Of a stretch of DNA of 57,517 bases, positions 30,538 to 42,863 are shown piece by piece. Positions within the stretch are counted from its first letter, which is position 1, and every line of letters starts with the position of its first letter. The notes beneath the pieces are model-generated. The model was given only the letters and a program-made list of their open reading frames with translations. It was not told the origin of the DNA and ran no database searches. The translations under genes were made by a program, and so were the position numbers. The stretch comes from Actinomycetales bacterium (GTDB lineage Bacteria; Actinomycetota; Actinomycetes; Actinomycetales; DASROP01): positions 1 through 57,517 of the forward strand of contig DASROP010000278.1 of assembly GCA_035646835.1 (NCBI GenBank), written 5' to 3'.

Positions 30538-31554
30538 TCAGTACTGCTCGTCCTCGGCGAAGGACATGTCGTCGTCGGCGCCGAACGCCTCGACGGCGGT
30601 GCTCGGGTCGAACCCGGGCGGGCTGTCCTTCAGCTGCAGGCCCATGCCGACCAGCTTGGCCTTGACCTCGTCGATCGACTTGGCACCGAAGTTGCGGATG
30701 TCGAGAAGGTCGGCCTCGCTGCGGGCCACCAGCTCTCCGACCGTGTGGATGCCCTCGCGCTTGAGGCAGTTGTAGGAGCGGACCGTCAGGTCCAGCTCCT
30801 CGATCGGCAGCGCGAGGTCGGCCGCCAGCGCAGCGTCCGTGGGCGACGGGCCCATGTCGATGCCCTCGGCCTCGACGTTGAGCTCGCGGGCGAGCCCGAA
30901 GAGCTCGGTCAGCGTCTTGCCTGCGCTGGCCATCGCGTCGCGGGGCTGGGTGGACGGCTTCGTCTCGACGTCGACGACGAGCCGGTCGAAGTCGGTGCGC
31001 TGCTCGACGCGGGTGGCCTCGACCTTGTAGGTCACCTTCAGCACCGGCGAGTAGATCGAGTCCACCGGGATGCGACCGATCTCGGCGTCACCGGACTTGT
31101 TCTGGTTCGCGGACACGTAGCCGCGGCCGCGCTCGACCGTCAGCTCCATCTCGAGCTTGCCCTTGCCGTTGAGCGTGGCGATGTGCATGTCGGGGTTGTG
31201 CACCTCGACACCGGCCGGGGGCGCGATGTCGGCGGCGGTGACGCTGCCCGGGCCCTGCTTGCGCAGGTACATCACCACGGGCTCGTCGTGCTCGCTGGAG
31301 ACGACCAGGTTCTTGATGTTGAGGATGACCTCGGTGACGTCCTCCTTGACGCCCGGCACGGTGGAGAACTCGTGCAGGACGCCGTCGACGCGGATGCTCG
31401 TCACCGCGGCGCCGGGGATGGACGAGAGGAGGGTGCGGCGCATCGAGTTGCCGAGCGTGTAGCCGAAGCCGGGCTCGAGGGGCTCGATGACGAAGCGCGA
31501 GCGGTGCTCGGCGACGGTGTCCTCGGTGAGCGAGGGGCGCTGTGCGATCAGCAC
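30538..31554 (-). CDS. rpoA: DNA-directed RNA polymerase subunit alpha
   Basis: 338 aa [53 protein letters not shown]...; C-terminal domain ...[23 protein letters not shown]. Confidence 0.97.
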   Translation of the reverse strand: MLIAQRPSLTEDTVAEHRSRFVIEPLEPGFGYTLGNSMRRTLLSSIPGAAVTSIRVDGVLHEFSTVPGVKEDVTEVILNIKNLVVSSEHDEPVVMYLRKQGPGSVTAADIAPPAGVEVHNPDMHIATLNGKGKLEMELTVERGRGYVSANQNKSGDAEIGRIPVDSIYSPVLKVTYKVEATRVEQRTDFDRLVVDVETKPSTQPRDAMASAGKTLTELFGLARELNVEAEGIDMGPSPTDAALAADLALPIEELDLTVRSYNCLKREGIHTVGELVARSEADLLDIRNFGAKSIDEVKAKLVGMGLQLKDSPPGFDPSTAVEAFGADDDMSFAEDEQY

Positions 31555-31633
31555 TGGAGTATTCCTTTCCTCAAGGGCCCGCTATTTGACCCTTGTGTCC
31601 CGACGCAGCGTCCGTCTGCTGCGCCCGGTCGTG

Positions 31634-32260
31634 CTACTTGCTGTAGAGCTCGACGATCAGCTGTTCCTGCACCTGGGTGTCGATGACCTGCCGCGCCGGC
31701 AGGGCGTGCACGAGGACGCGCATCCGCTCGGACTGCACCTCGAGCCACGCCGGCACCGTGCGCTCGCCGGCCTCGGCGCGCGCGATCACGAACGGCGTCA
31801 TCTCGTAGGACTTGGGGCGGATCTCGACGATGTCGTTCTCGCTGACCCGGGCGCTGGGGATGTCGACCTTGTGGCCGTTCACCAGCACGTGGCCGTGGCG
31901 GACGACCTGTCGGGCCATGTCCCGCGACTTGGCGAACCCGGCCCGGTACACGACGTTGTCGATCCGGGACTCCAGGATCCGCAACAGGTTCTCGCCGGTC
32001 TTGCCCTGCTTGCGGTTGGCCTCCTCGTAGTAGCCGCGGAACTGCTTCTCGAGGACGCCGTAGATGCGGGAGCACTTCTGCTTCTCGCGCATCTGCAGGA
32101 GGTACTCGCTCTCCTTGGTGCGCGCGCGGCCGTGCTCGCCGGGCGGATAGGGCCGGATCTCGATCGGGCACTTCGGCGAGTCGCACTTGGCACCCTTGAG
32201 GTACAGCTTGGTCTTCTCGCGGCGGCAGCGCTTGCAGTCAGCGCCGGTGTATCGCGCCAT
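31634..32260 (-). CDS. rpsD: 30S ribosomal protein S4
   Basis: ORF 31634..32563 trimmed to ATG 32260 (MARYTGADCKRCRREKTKLYLKGAKCDSPKCPIE...). AAGGAG upstream. Confidence 0.95.
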   Translation of the reverse strand: MARYTGADCKRCRREKTKLYLKGAKCDSPKCPIEIRPYPPGEHGRARTKESEYLLQMREKQKCSRIYGVLEKQFRGYYEEANRKQGKTGENLLRILESRIDNVVYRAGFAKSRDMARQVVRHGHVLVNGHKVDIPSARVSENDIVEIRPKSYEMTPFVIARAEAGERTVPAWLEVQSERMRVLVHALPARQVIDTQVQEQLIVELYSK

Positions 32261-32301
32261 AGGTCTTCGGACTCCTTCGCAGGTTCTTCGGGTCTCGCGG
32301 G

Positions 32302-32709
32302 TCAGACGCGACGGCGCTTGGGCGGGCGGCAGCCGTTGTGAGGCGTCGGGGTGACGTCCTGGATCGAGCCGACCTCCAGGCCGGTGGCCTGCAGGGAGCG
32401 GATCGCGGTCTCGCGGCCGGAGCCGGGACCCTTGACGAAGACGTCGACCTTGCGCATGCCGTGCTCCTGAGCCCGGCGGGCGGCGGCCTCGGCGGCCATC
32501 TGCGCCGCGTACGGCGTCGACTTGCGGGAGCCCTTGAAGCCGACCTGGCCGGCCGAGGCCCACGAGACCACGGCACCGGCGGGGTCCGTGATCGTCACGA
32601 TGGTGTTGTTGAACGTGCTCTTGATGTGAGCGTGGCCATGGGAGATGTTCTTCTTCTCCTTGCGACGCTTGGTACGCGCGCCACTGGCCTTTCGAGTCTG
32701 GGGGGGCAT
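32302..32709 (-). CDS. rpsK: 30S ribosomal protein S11
   Basis: ORF 32302..33129 trimmed to ATG 32709 ([42 protein letters not shown]...). Confidence 0.95.
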   Translation of the reverse strand: MPPQTRKASGARTKRRKEKKNISHGHAHIKSTFNNTIVTITDPAGAVVSWASAGQVGFKGSRKSTPYAAQMAAEAAARRAQEHGMRKVDVFVKGPGSGRETAIRSLQATGLEVGSIQDVTPTPHNGCRPPKRRRV

Positions 32710-32797
32710 CGGCTGGTTCTCTCCTGAAGGTTCCGAAGTCTTGAGGTGACCGGTGGTGTTTTTCGGGGGGTCCACGGGGGGCGGAGCCCCCGTGTGA

Positions 32798-33178
32798 CTA
32801 CTTGCGGGCGACCTTCTTGCGGCCCGCCACGGTGCGCTTGGGGCCCTTGCGGGTGCGCGCGTTGGTCTTGGTCCGCTGGCCGCGCACCGGCAGGCCCCGG
32901 CGGTGCCGGATCCCCGCGTAGCACCCGATCTCCACCTTGCGGCGGATGTCCGAGGCGATCTCGCGCCGGAGGTCACCCTCGACCTGGAACGTCGCCTCGA
33001 TGTAGTCGCGGAGCTTGACCAGCTCGGCGTCGCCCATGTCTCGGACCCGCAGGTCCGGGCTGATGCCGGTGGCCGTGAGCACCTTGTTGGCGCGGGTGCG
33101 TCCCACGCCGAAGATGTAGGTGAGCGCAACCTCGAGCCGCTTGTCGCGGGGGAGGTCGACGCCGACGATGCGTGCCAT
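32798..33178 (-). CDS. rpsM: 30S ribosomal protein S13
   Basis: 126 aa [34 protein letters not shown]... Confidence 0.96.
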   Translation of the reverse strand: MARIVGVDLPRDKRLEVALTYIFGVGRTRANKVLTATGISPDLRVRDMGDAELVKLRDYIEATFQVEGDLRREIASDIRRKVEIGCYAGIRHRRGLPVRGQRTKTNARTRKGPKRTVAGRKKVARK

Positions 33179-33332
33179 CGTTCGTGGTTCTCCTGGGTGT
33201 CTCGACGGAGGTCTGGAGCAGCACCGGTCCCGCCTGTCGGGCGGGTCCCCGGCCTCCGTGCCGGGGGTGGCGTCCCTCGCGGGGCGAGGGGGTCGGGTGC
33301 TGCAGGGGAGGAGAGCGGTCAGGTTGTGCTGA

Positions 33333-33446
33333 TCACCCTTGGCGCTGCTTGTGTCGCAGGTTGTCGCAGATCACCATGACCCGCCCGTTGCGGCGGATCA
33401 CCTTGCACTTGTCGCAGATCTTCTTGACGCTCGGCTTGACCTTCAT
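33333..33446 (-). CDS. rpmJ: 50S ribosomal protein L36 (Zn-ribbon C+ form)
   Basis: Too short for the ORF track. My translation from ATG 33446: [37 protein letters not shown], stop TGA at 33333-33335. Confidence 0.93.
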   Translation of the reverse strand: MKVKPSVKKICDKCKVIRRNGRVMVICDNLRHKQRQG

Positions 33447-33521
33447 GACTGTCCCTCGCCCGCGCGCGAGCCCTGGGTGGGCCGGGTGCGGGTGCCCTCT
33501 GGCGTTGTTCGGTGGGTCGGG

Positions 33522-33743
33522 TTACTTGTAGCGGTAGACGATGCGGCCGCGGGTCAGGTCGTACGGGCTCAGCTCCACCACGACCCGGTCCTCGGGGAGG
33601 ATCCGGATGTAGTGCTGGCGCATCTTGCCCGAGATGTGAGCGAGAACCTTGTGACCGTTCGAGAGCTCCACCCTGAACATCGCGTTCGGGAGAGCCTCGA
33701 CGACACTGCCCTCGATCTCGATGACCCCGTCCTTCTTGGCCAT
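33522..33743 (-). CDS. infA: Translation initiation factor IF-1
   Basis: 73 aa [82 protein letters not shown]. Confidence 0.97.
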   Translation of the reverse strand: MAKKDGVIEIEGSVVEALPNAMFRVELSNGHKVLAHISGKMRQHYIRILPEDRVVVELSPYDLTRGRIVYRYK

Positions 33744-33958
33744 GTCCTCCGCTTACTCTCGGCCCGCCGTGGCGGGAGGTGGTGACGCAGGGCGCTGCCG
33801 ACGTCCGGGACTCTGCTGTCGCATTTCATCTGGCACACGCGTGACGGCAGTCCTTGCCGCGCCGAACCAGCCGCGGGGCAACGGGCAGGACTGTGGATGC
33901 CGTGAACCGACACACCAGCCTACGCCATCCGGGCGCTGAGCACGAAATCGGGCCGGCG

Positions 33959-34777
33959 TCAGGCGAGGGGGGTGGGGACGATGCCGTGCGGGGCGAGGCC
34001 GGCAGTGCCCCCGTCCGGGGCGGTCAGCACCCAGAGTCCGTCGTCGGTGAGGGCCACACTGTGCTCCCAGTGCGCGGCGCGGGAGTCGTCGCAGGTCACC
34101 ACGGTCCAGTCGTCGTCGAGCACCCGGGTGTCGGACGACCCGCGCACCAGCATCGGCTCCACGGCCACGCACAGCCCGGCCTTGAGCCGGGGTCCCCGCT
34201 CGCGGGTGCGGTAGTTGAGCACCTCGGGCGGCTGGTGCATGGCTGTGCCGATCCCGTGCCCGACGTAGCCCTCGACGATGGCGTAGGCGCCGTCGACGTC
34301 GTCCTCGATGGCCGCGCCGACGTCCCCGAGCCAGCCCCCCACCTGCAGGGCCGCGATGCCGGCCCACATCGCCCGCTCGGTGGCCTCGACCAGGCGGTCG
34401 TCCTCCCGGTCGCCGTCCACACCGTCGACCACCAGGCTGATCGCCGAGTCCCCGTGCCAGCCGTCGACGATCGCGCCGCAGTCCACCGAGAGCAGGTCAC
34501 CGGGCTCCAGCGCACGCCGACCCGGGATGCCGTGGACGATCTCGGAGTTGACCGACAGGCACAGGCTGGCCGGGAAGCCGTGGTAGCCGAGGAAGGACGG
34601 GGTCGCGCCGTGCCCTCGGATCACGCGCTCGCCGACGGCGTCGAGCTCGGCCGTGGTGACACCGGGCCGGGCCGCGTCGCGCACGGCCTCCAGCGCCTCC
34701 GCGACCACCAGCCCTGCACGGCGCATGACCAGGATCTGGTCGAAGGTCTTGTACTCGATCCGGCTGCGGCCGAACAC
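33959..34777 (-). CDS. map: Type I methionine aminopeptidase
   Basis: 272 aa ...QILVMRRAGLVVAEALE...FLGYHGFPASLCLSVNSEIVHGIP...SVDCGAIVDGWHGDSA...GHGIG... with the metal ligands. GTG start 6 nt after the adk stop. Confidence 0.93.
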   Translation of the reverse strand: MFGRSRIEYKTFDQILVMRRAGLVVAEALEAVRDAARPGVTTAELDAVGERVIRGHGATPSFLGYHGFPASLCLSVNSEIVHGIPGRRALEPGDLLSVDCGAIVDGWHGDSAISLVVDGVDGDREDDRLVEATERAMWAGIAALQVGGWLGDVGAAIEDDVDGAYAIVEGYVGHGIGTAMHQPPEVLNYRTRERGPRLKAGLCVAVEPMLVRGSSDTRVLDDDWTVVTCDDSRAAHWEHSVALTDDGLWVLTAPDGGTAGLAPHGIVPTPLA

Positions 34778-34783
34778 GCCCGC

Positions 34784-35349
<566 letters not shown>

Positions 35350-35350
<1 letters not shown>

Positions 35351-36645
35351 CAGCGCAGGAACCCTTCGTAGTGCCGCTGCTGCAGCTGCGACTCGATCTG
35401 CTTCACCGTGTCGAGGCCGACCCCGACGACGATGAGGATCGACACGCCGCCGAACGGGAAGTTCTGGTTGGCGCCCACGAGGACCAGGGCGACGAGCGGG
35501 ATCAGCGCGACCAGACCGAGGTACAGCGACCCCGGCAGAGTGATCCGGGTCAGCACGTAGTCGAGGTACTCGGCGGTCGGCCGGCCCGCGCGGATGCCCG
35601 GGATGAACCCGCCCACCTTCTTGATGTTCTCCGCGACCTCGTCGGGGTTGAACGTGATCGCCACGTAGAAGTACGTGAAGAAGACGATCAGCGCGAAGTA
35701 CGAGACGATGTAGATCGGGTGGTCGCCGGCGACGAGCGTGTTCTGGATCCAGATCACCCACTCGGAGTTCGCGTCGTTGAACTGCGCGACCAGCGCCGGC
35801 AGGTACAGCAGGGACGACGCGAAGATCACCGGGATCACCCCGGCCATGTTGACCTTCATCGGGATGTAGGTGCTGGTGCCGCCGTACATCCGGCGCCCGA
35901 CCATCCGCTTGGCGTACTGCACCGGCACGCGGCGCTGCGACTGCTCGACGAAGACCACCAGGGCCACGATGACGAGCCCGATCGCGATCACCAGCCCCAT
36001 CACCACGAAGCCCTGCTGAACGCCGATGGCCCAGATGGACGTCGGGAAGGTGGCCGCGATCGAGGTGAAGATCAGGATCGACATGCCGTTGCCGACACCG
36101 CGCTCGGTGATCATCTCGCCGAGCCACATGATCAGGCCGGTGCCGGCCGTCATCGTCGCCACCATCAGCGTGATCGTGACCAGCGAGTCGTTCGGGATGA
36201 CCGGGACCGGGCAGCCCTGGAAGAGGTTGCCGGACCGCGCCACCGCGACGTACGTCGTCGACTGCAGCACGGCGAGGGCGATCGTCAGGTACCGCGTGTA
36301 CTGGGTGAGCTTGGAGGTGCCGGCCTGGCCCTCCTTCTTCAGCGCCTCGAACTTCGGGATCACCACCGTCAGCAGCTGGGTGATGATGCTCGCCGTGATG
36401 TACGGCATGATCCCGAGCGCGAAGATCGACAGCTGGAGCAGCGCGCCCCCGCTGAACAGGTTCACCAGCCCGAGCAGGTCGTTCGAGTTCTCTCCCGCGG
36501 CCAGGCACTGCTGCACGTTGGAGTAGCTCACACCCGGCGTCGGGACGAACGACCCGAGTCGGAATATGGCCATGATCCCCAGGGTGAACAGCAGCTTGCG
36601 TCGCAGGTCGGGCGTCTTGAAGGCCCGCACGAATGCGCTGAGCAC
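35350..36645 (-). CDS. secY: Preprotein translocase subunit SecY
   Basis: ORF 35350..36693 trimmed to GTG 36645 ([39 protein letters not shown]...). AGGAGG lies 4 nt upstream. Multi-pass membrane protein. Confidence 0.95.
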
Positions 36646-36740
36646 TGGTCCTCCTGGTGCGCGGCTGAGCGCCGCCTGGGTCGTGGGGCCCACCCCATCG
36701 GGCGCGGCCGGGGCGTGGTGAGAGCCTACAGCGGGCCTGG

Positions 36741-37289
36741 TTACAGCTCCGTGGTCGAACCCCCTGCGGCGGCGATCTTCTCCTTGGCCGAGGTGGAGAA
36801 CCGGTGGGCGGTGACGTCGACCGCGACGTCGATCTCGCCGTCCCCGAGGACCTTCACCTTCTCGCCCTTGCGGACGAGCCCACGGGCGACGAGGTCGTCG
36901 ACGCCGACAGCTCCGCCGTCGGGGAACACCTCATCCAGGCGATCGAGGTTGACGACCTGGTACTCGGTGCGGAACGGGTTGGTGAAGCCACGGAGCTTGG
37001 GCAGGCGCATGTGCAGCGGCGTCTGGCCACCCTCGAAGCGCGAGGGGACCTGGTAACGGGCCTTGGTCCCCTTGGTGCCGCGCCCGGCGGTCTTGCCCTT
37101 GCTGCCCTCGCCGCGACCCACCCGGGTCTTGGCGGTGCGGGCGCCCGGGGCCGGTCGCAGGTGGTGCACCTTCAGCGCGTGCCCCTCGACGGCGTCGAGG
37201 CCGCCCTCGTCGGCGGCGGGCTTCTTCGCCGTCGTGCTCTTCTTCGCAGCCGGGGACTTCTTCGTCGCCGTGCTCTTCTTCGTTCCCAT
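36741..37289 (-). CDS. rplO: 50S ribosomal protein L15 (Lys/Ala/Thr-rich N-terminal extension)
   Basis: 182 aa. L15 core [36 protein letters not shown]... The ATG at 37289 lies 1 nt after the rpmD stop, which supports the long form. Confidence 0.9.
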   Translation of the reverse strand: MGTKKSTATKKSPAAKKSTTAKKPAADEGGLDAVEGHALKVHHLRPAPGARTAKTRVGRGEGSKGKTAGRGTKGTKARYQVPSRFEGGQTPLHMRLPKLRGFTNPFRTEYQVVNLDRLDEVFPDGGAVGVDDLVARGLVRKGEKVKVLGDGEIDVAVDVTAHRFSTSAKEKIAAAGGSTTEL

Positions 37290-37290
37290 G

Positions 37291-37473
37291 TCAGTCGACC
37301 TCCTCGACGGCGACGAGGTGCGTCACCGTGCTGACCATGCCGCGGATCTCCGGCCGGTCCTCCTTGACGACGATGTCGCCGATGCGCTTGAGCCCGAGCG
37401 TCCGCAGGGTGTCCCTCTGGTTCTGCTTCCCACCGATGCCCGAACGGGTCTGAGTCACCTTGAGCCGGCCCAT
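37291..37473 (-). CDS. rpmD: 50S ribosomal protein L30
   Basis: ORF 37291..37665 trimmed to ATG 37473 ([47 protein letters not shown]...). TGATG overlap with the rpsE stop. Confidence 0.94.
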   Translation of the reverse strand: MGRLKVTQTRSGIGGKQNQRDTLRTLGLKRIGDIVVKEDRPEIRGMVSTVTHLVAVEEVD

Positions 37474-38066
37474 CACGCGCTCGCCCCCGCAGCCCTGGCG
37501 CGCAGCAGCGCCGCCGGTGCGACGTCCTCGATCGGCAGGCCGCGCCGGGCGGCGACGGCCTCGGGCCGCTCCAGTCCCCGCAGGCCCGCGACGGTCGCGT
37601 GCACGATGTTGATGGCGTTGTCCGAGCCGAGCGACTTGGTCAGGATGTCGTGGATCCCGGCGCACTCCAGCACCGCGCGCACCGGGCCGCCGGCGATCAC
37701 GCCGGTACCCGGGGACGCCGGCTTAAGCATCACGACACCGGCAGAGGCCTCACCCGTGATCGGGTGGGGGATGGTGCCCTGGATGCGCGGGACCTTGAAG
37801 AAGTTCTTCTTGGCCTCCTCCACACCCTTGGCGATCGCCGCGGGCACCTCCTTGGCCTTGCCGTAGCCGACGCCGACCTGGCCGTCGCCGTCGCCGACGA
37901 CGACGAGGGCGGTGAAGCTGAAGCGGCGACCACCCTTGACGACCTTGGCGACGCGGTTGATGGTCACGACGCGCTCGACGAAGTTGGTGCGGTCTCCGCC
38001 CTGGCGGTTGTCGCGGCCGCCCTGGCGGTCACGGCGGTCACCGCCGCTGCGCTGGGGTCCAGGCAT
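37473..38066 (-). CDS. rpsE: 30S ribosomal protein S5 (Arg/Gly-rich N-terminus)
   Basis: ORF 37473..38462 trimmed to ATG 38066 ([60 protein letters not shown]...). Confidence 0.95.
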   Translation of the reverse strand: MPGPQRSGGDRRDRQGGRDNRQGGDRTNFVERVVTINRVAKVVKGGRRFSFTALVVVGDGDGQVGVGYGKAKEVPAAIAKGVEEAKKNFFKVPRIQGTIPHPITGEASAGVVMLKPASPGTGVIAGGPVRAVLECAGIHDILTKSLGSDNAINIVHATVAGLRGLERPEAVAARRGLPIEDVAPAALLRARAAGASA

Positions 38067-38097
38067 GTTTCGTACCTCTCTCTGCAGTCGTGTGCGC

Positions 38098-38493
38098 CTA
38101 GAGGGCGAGCCCGCCGGAGCGGGCGCCCTCTGCGACGGCGGCCACGCGGCCGTGGTAGCGGTTGCCACCGCGGTCGAAGACCACGGCCTCGATCCCCGCG
38201 GCCTTGGCGCGCTCGGCGACGAGCTCGCCGACCTTGCGGGCCTTGGTGGTCTTGTCGTCGGTCGACGACCGCAGGTCGCTCTCCATCGTGGACGCCGAGG
38301 CCAGCGTGCGGCCAGCCGTGTCGTCGACCACCTGGACGAACAGGTGGCGTGAGGAGCGGTTGATGACCAGCCGCGGACGCGCCTGGTTTCCGGAGACCTT
38401 CTTGCGCACGCGCAGGTGCCGGCGTCCGCGGGCCGCGATGTTGTTCTTGCCCGCGCCTCCACCGCTGCGCTTGATGCCGATCGCCATCGTCAC
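38098..38493 (-). CDS. rplR: 50S ribosomal protein L18
   Basis: 131 aa ...[35 protein letters not shown]... GTG 38493 overlaps the rplF stop (GTGA). ATG 38487 is an equally plausible start. Confidence 0.92.
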   Translation of the reverse strand: MTMAIGIKRSGGGAGKNNIAARGRRHLRVRKKVSGNQARPRLVINRSSRHLFVQVVDDTAGRTLASASTMESDLRSSTDDKTTKARKVGELVAERAKAAGIEAVVFDRGGNRYHGRVAAVAEGARSGGLAL

Positions 38494-39029
38494 TTACCAG
38501 CCTTTCCGACCTTGCGGCGGATCTGCTCCCCGGCGTACCGGACACCCTTGCCCTTGTACGGGTCGGGCTTGCGGAGCTTACGGATGTTCGCGGCGACCTC
38601 GCCGACCCGCTGCTTGTCGATCCCGGCGACCGACAACTTCGTGGGGCTCTCCACCGCGAACGTGATGCCGTCCGGGGGCGTGATGACGACCGGGTGGCTG
38701 AAGCCCAGGGCGAACTCGAGGTTCGACCCCTTCGCGACCACGCGGTACCCGGTGCCGACGATCTCGAGGTTTTTCTCGTAGCCCTGGGTGACACCCGTGA
38801 CCATGTTGGCCAGCAGGGTGCGGGTCAGCCCGTGCAGCGATCGCGACACTCGCTCGTCGTTCGGGCGGGCGACGTCGATCGCGCCGCCGTCGCCTTCGGC
38901 GACGGTGATGGGCTCGGCCACGGTGTGGGTGAGGGTGCCCTTGGGTCCCTTCACCGTCACCAGGCGTCCGTCGATGCTGACCTCGACCCCGGACGGAACC
39001 GGGACGGGCAGCCTGCCGATGCGGGACAT
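38490..39029 (-). CDS. rplF: 50S ribosomal protein L6
   Basis: 179 aa [37 protein letters not shown]... Confidence 0.96.
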   Translation of the reverse strand: MSRIGRLPVPVPSGVEVSIDGRLVTVKGPKGTLTHTVAEPITVAEGDGGAIDVARPNDERVSRSLHGLTRTLLANMVTGVTQGYEKNLEIVGTGYRVVAKGSNLEFALGFSHPVVITPPDGITFAVESPTKLSVAGIDKQRVGEVAANIRKLRKPDPYKGKGVRYAGEQIRRKVGKAGK

Positions 39030-39045
39030 GCTTCTCCTCTCCCGG

Positions 39046-39444
39046 TTACCAGACGTAGGCGAGGACTTCCCCGCCTACACCCTGCTTGTTGGCCTGCCGG
39101 TCGGTCAGCAGGCCGGTCGACGTCGAGATGATCGCGACGCCGAGGCCTCCCAGCACCCGGGGCAGGTTCGTGGACTTGGCGTAGACGCGCAGACCGGGCT
39201 TGCTCACCCGGCGCACGCCGGCGATCGAACGCTCTCGGTTGGGACCGAACTTGAGGTCGATGGTGAGCGTCTTGCCCACCTCGGCGTCCTCGACCTTCCA
39301 GCCGGCGATGTAGCCCTCGGCCTGCAGGATCTCGGCGATCCGCGACTTCAGCTTGCTGTACGGCATGGAGACGACGTCGTGATACGCCGAGTTGGCGTTC
39401 CGGAGCCGCGTCAGCATGTCCGCGATCGGGTCTGTCATGGTCAT
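39046..39444 (-). CDS. rpsH: 30S ribosomal protein S8
   Basis: 132 aa [33 protein letters not shown]... Confidence 0.96.
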   Translation of the reverse strand: MTMTDPIADMLTRLRNANSAYHDVVSMPYSKLKSRIAEILQAEGYIAGWKVEDAEVGKTLTIDLKFGPNRERSIAGVRRVSKPGLRVYAKSTNLPRVLGGLGVAIISTSTGLLTDRQANKQGVGGEVLAYVW

Positions 39445-39532
39445 TGGGCTCGTCTGCCCTTCCTCACCGTGGTTTCCGCCTTCCCTGTCGAGGGAACGGG
39501 ACCTGCGGCGCTGTAGTGATCTGGGTCGCGCG

Positions 39533-39718
39533 TTACCAGGAGCTCTTGGTCACTCCGGGCAGCTCACCGCGGTGTGCCATCTCTCGCAGGCACACCCGGC
39601 ACAGCCCGAACTTTCGGTACACCGAGTGCGGACGCCCGCACTTCTGGCACCGCGTGTAGGCGCGCACCGAGAACTTCGGCTTGCGCGCTGCCTTGTTGAT
39701 CAGCCCTGTCTTGGCCAT
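39533..39718 (-). CDS. rpsN: 30S ribosomal protein S14, type Z (zinc-binding)
   Basis: 61 aa [61 protein letters not shown], with CxxC...CxxC. Confidence 0.95.
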   Translation of the reverse strand: MAKTGLINKAARKPKFSVRAYTRCQKCGRPHSVYRKFGLCRVCLREMAHRGELPGVTKSSW

Positions 39719-39728
39719 CAGCTCTCCC

Positions 39729-40316
39729 TCAGTTCTCCTTGAACGGGAAGCCCAGACGGCGCAGCAGCGCCCGGCCCTCGTCGTCCGTCGTCGCGCTGGT
39801 CACGATCGTGATGTCCATGCCCCGGACCCGGTCGATCCGGTCCTGGTCGATCTCATGGAACATCGACTGCTCGTTCAGGCCGAACGTGTAGTTGCCCTGG
39901 CCGTCGAACTGCTTGGGCGACAGGCCGCGGAAGTCACGGATGCGGGGCAGCGCCAGCGACAGGAGACGGTCCAGGAACTCCCACATCCGGTCGCCGCGCA
40001 GCGTCGTGTGCGCACCGATCGGCATGCCCTCGCGCAGCTTGAACTGGGCGATGGACTTGCGGGCCTTGGTCACCGCCGGCTTCTGGCCGGTGATGGTGGC
40101 GAGGTCGCGCACGGCGCCGTCGATCATCTTCGAGTCGCGGGCGGCTTCGCCGACGCCCATGTTCACGACGACCTTGACGGGGCCCGGCACCTGCATGACG
40201 TTGCCGTAGCCGAACTCCTCGCGCAGGCCGCCGAGGATCTCCTCGCGGTACCTCTGCTTGAGCCTCGGCATCGCGCGAGCGCTCGCCGTCGTGGTCTCTT
40301 CGGTCTGGGTGCTCAT
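39729..40316 (-). CDS. rplE: 50S ribosomal protein L5
   Basis: 195 aa ...[42 protein letters not shown]... Confidence 0.96.
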   Translation of the reverse strand: MSTQTEETTTASARAMPRLKQRYREEILGGLREEFGYGNVMQVPGPVKVVVNMGVGEAARDSKMIDGAVRDLATITGQKPAVTKARKSIAQFKLREGMPIGAHTTLRGDRMWEFLDRLLSLALPRIRDFRGLSPKQFDGQGNYTFGLNEQSMFHEIDQDRIDRVRGMDITIVTSATTDDEGRALLRRLGFPFKEN

Positions 40317-40696
40317 CAGATGTCCTTACCGGAGCGCTTGGCCACGCGGACGCGCACCGTCCGCTCCCGACCGTCGCGCTGCGTCGTCTCGGTCCGGTAC
40401 CCGGCCCGGGTCGGCTTCTTGGTCTCCGGGTCCACCAGCATCACGTTGCTGATGTGGATCGGAGCCTCGTGGATCTCGATGCCACCGGTGCGGGCGCCGC
40501 GACCGCTGCGACCCGCCTTGATGTGCTTCTTCACCCGGTTGACGCCCTCGACCAGCACGCGCTGACGCTCGGTGTCGACCTCGATCACCTTGCCCTGCTT
40601 GCCGCGGTCGCCTCCGCGCGACCCCGTCGCGCCGGAGACGACCTGCACGAGGTCGCCCTTCTTGATCTTCAGCTTCGCCTTGTGGTTCGTCGCCAT
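40316..40696 (-). CDS. rplX: 50S ribosomal protein L24
   Basis: 126 aa [41 protein letters not shown]... (KOW motif). Confidence 0.95.
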   Translation of the reverse strand: MATNHKAKLKIKKGDLVQVVSGATGSRGGDRGKQGKVIEVDTERQRVLVEGVNRVKKHIKAGRSGRGARTGGIEIHEAPIHISNVMLVDPETKKPTRAGYRTETTQRDGRERTVRVRVAKRSGKDI

Positions 40697-40697
40697 G

Positions 40698-41066
40698 TCA
40701 GAGCACCTCCGGTGCGAGCGAGATGATCCTCATGAACTTCTTGTCTCGCAGCTCGCGGCCGACGGGACCGAAGATGCGCGTCCCGCGCGGGTCGCCGTCC
40801 GGCTTGAGGATCACCGCGGCGTTCTCGTCGAAGCGGATGTACGAGCCGTCGGGCCGGCGCCGCTCCTTGCGTGTGCGCACGACCACGGCCTTGACGACGT
40901 CGCCCTTCTTGACGTTGCCACCCGGGATCGCGTCCTTGACGGTCGCGACGATGACGTCACCGATGCCCGCGTAGCGACGCCCGGAACCGCCGAGGACGCG
41001 GATGCAGAGGATCTCCTTGGCACCCGTGTTGTCGGCGACCTTCAGTCGCGACTCCTGCTGGATCAC
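40698..41066 (-). CDS. rplN: 50S ribosomal protein L14
   Basis: 122 aa [44 protein letters not shown]... Confidence 0.97.
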   Translation of the reverse strand: MIQQESRLKVADNTGAKEILCIRVLGGSGRRYAGIGDVIVATVKDAIPGGNVKKGDVVKAVVVRTRKERRRPDGSYIRFDENAAVILKPDGDPRGTRIFGPVGRELRDKKFMRIISLAPEVL

Positions 41067-41374
41067 TTGGCCTTCTCCAGTACTTCCACGACACGCCAGC
41101 GCTTCGTGGCCGACAGCGGCCGGGTCTCCATGATCCGGACGCTGTCACCGACACCGCACGCGTTGGCCTCGTCGTGCGCCTTCACCTTGCTGGTACGGCG
41201 CAGGACCTTGCCGTAGAGCGGGTGCTTGACCCGGTCCTCCACAGCGACCACGACGGTCTTGTCCATCTTGTCGCTGACCACGTAGCCGCGACGGGTCTTG
41301 CGGTACCCGCGCGTCTGCTCGGCGTCGGTCGTGTCCACTGTCGTCTCTGCCTTGTCCACTTGGTTCTCGGTCAC
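41063..41374 (-). CDS. rpsQ: 30S ribosomal protein S17
   Basis: 103 aa ...[48 protein letters not shown]... GTGA overlap with rpmC. Confidence 0.95.
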   Translation of the reverse strand: MTENQVDKAETTVDTTDAEQTRGYRKTRRGYVVSDKMDKTVVVAVEDRVKHPLYGKVLRRTSKVKAHDEANACGVGDSVRIMETRPLSATKRWRVVEVLEKAK

Positions 41375-41619
41375 TTGGGGGCCTCCTGTTCCGGCCCGGC
41401 GTCGCCGATGCCCAGCTCACGCTCGCGCATGATCGTGTAGATGCGGGCGATGTCGCGGCGTACCGCGCGCAGCCGTCCGTGGCTCTCCAGCTGACCGGTG
41501 GCCGACTGGAAACGGAGGTTGAACAACTCCTCCTTGGCCTTGCGCAGCTCGGAGACGAGGCGGTCCTCCTCGAAGGTCCGCAGCTGCTCGGGCACGAGGT
41601 CCTTCGAACCCACGGCCAT
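41371..41619 (-). CDS. rpmC: 50S ribosomal protein L29
   Basis: 82 aa ...[54 protein letters not shown]... Confidence 0.94.
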   Translation of the reverse strand: MAVGSKDLVPEQLRTFEEDRLVSELRKAKEELFNLRFQSATGQLESHGRLRAVRRDIARIYTIMRERELGIGDAGPEQEAPK

Positions 41620-42038
41620 CAGTGGTCACCACCCTCGCGCTGGACGAAACGGCACTTCATCGGGAGCTTGTGCATCGCCAGGCGCATCGCCTCGCGGGCC
41701 ACCGGCTCCGGGACGCCGGACAGCTCGAACATCACGCGTCCGGGCTTCACGTTCGCGATCCACCACTCGGGCGAGCCCTTGCCCGACCCCATCCGGGTCT
41801 CGGCGGGCTTCTTCGTCAGCGGCCGGTCCGGGTAGATGTTGATCCAGACCTTGCCGCCACGCTTGATGTAGCGGGTCATCGCGATCCGGGCCGACTCGAT
41901 CTGCCGGTTGGTGACGTAGGCAGGCTCGACGGCCTGGATCCCGTAGTCACCGAAGGCGATCGTGGTGCCACCCTTGGCAGCCCCGGACCTCTTGGGGTGG
42001 TGCTGCTTGCGGTGCTTCAGCCGACGGGGGACGAGCAT
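41619..42038 (-). CDS. rplP: 50S ribosomal protein L16
   Basis: 139 aa [66 protein letters not shown]... Confidence 0.97.
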   Translation of the reverse strand: MLVPRRLKHRKQHHPKRSGAAKGGTTIAFGDYGIQAVEPAYVTNRQIESARIAMTRYIKRGGKVWINIYPDRPLTKKPAETRMGSGKGSPEWWIANVKPGRVMFELSGVPEPVAREAMRLAMHKLPMKCRFVQREGGDH

Positions 42039-42041
42039 GGC

Positions 42042-42863
42042 TCAGCCCTCCTTCTGCGGCGGGGCCGCGTCGGTACCGGCGGGCGCCGCGGCCTGCTCCG
42101 CGGGAGCGGACGCCGAGCCCTCCGGTCGCGTACCACGAGCCGGCCGGCTGCCACGGGCGGGCCGCTCGGCCCGGGGTCCGCGGGGAGCCCGGGGGGCAGC
42201 CGCCTGCTGCTGGGCGAGCTCGCGGTTCGTGACGTCGCCCTTGTAGATCCACACCTTCACGCCGATCCGGCCGAAGGTGGTCTTGGCCTCGTAGAACCCG
42301 TAGTCGATGTTCGCGCGAAGCGTGTGCAGCGGTACGCGGCCCTCGCGGTAGAACTCGCTCCGGCTCATCTCCGCGCCACCGAGGCGACCGGAGCACTGCA
42401 CCCGGATGCCCTTGGCGCCGGCGCGCTGAGACGTCTGCATCCCCTTGCGCATGGCCCGTCGGAACGAGACGCGGCTGGAGAGCTGCTCGGCGATGCCCTG
42501 CGCGACCAGCTGCGCGTCGGTCTCGGGGTTCTTGACCTCGAGGATGTTCAGCTGGACCTGCTTGCCGGTCAGCTTCTCGAGCTCGCTGCGCAGGCGGTCC
42601 GCCTCGGCACCACGACGACCGATGACGATGCCCGGGCGCGCCGTGTGGATGTCCACACGAACGCGGTCACGGGTGCGCTCGATCTCGACCTTGGAGATGC
42701 CAGCACGCTCCATGCCCGTCGACATCAGGGCGCGGATGGAGACATCCTCCTTGACGTAGTCGCGGTAGCGCTGACCGTCCTTGGTGCTGTCAGCGAACCA
42801 CCGCGACTTGTGGTCGGTGGTGATGCCCAGGCGGAACCCGTGCGGGTTGACCTTCTGTCCCAC
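42042..42863 (-). CDS. rpsC: 30S ribosomal protein S3 (Ala/Pro/Arg-rich C-terminal extension)
   Basis: 273 aa [28 protein letters not shown]... GTG start shares one base with the rplV TAG. Confidence 0.96.
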   Translation of the reverse strand: MGQKVNPHGFRLGITTDHKSRWFADSTKDGQRYRDYVKEDVSIRALMSTGMERAGISKVEIERTRDRVRVDIHTARPGIVIGRRGAEADRLRSELEKLTGKQVQLNILEVKNPETDAQLVAQGIAEQLSSRVSFRRAMRKGMQTSQRAGAKGIRVQCSGRLGGAEMSRSEFYREGRVPLHTLRANIDYGFYEAKTTFGRIGVKVWIYKGDVTNRELAQQQAAAPRAPRGPRAERPARGSRPARGTRPEGSASAPAEQAAAPAGTDAAPPQKEG

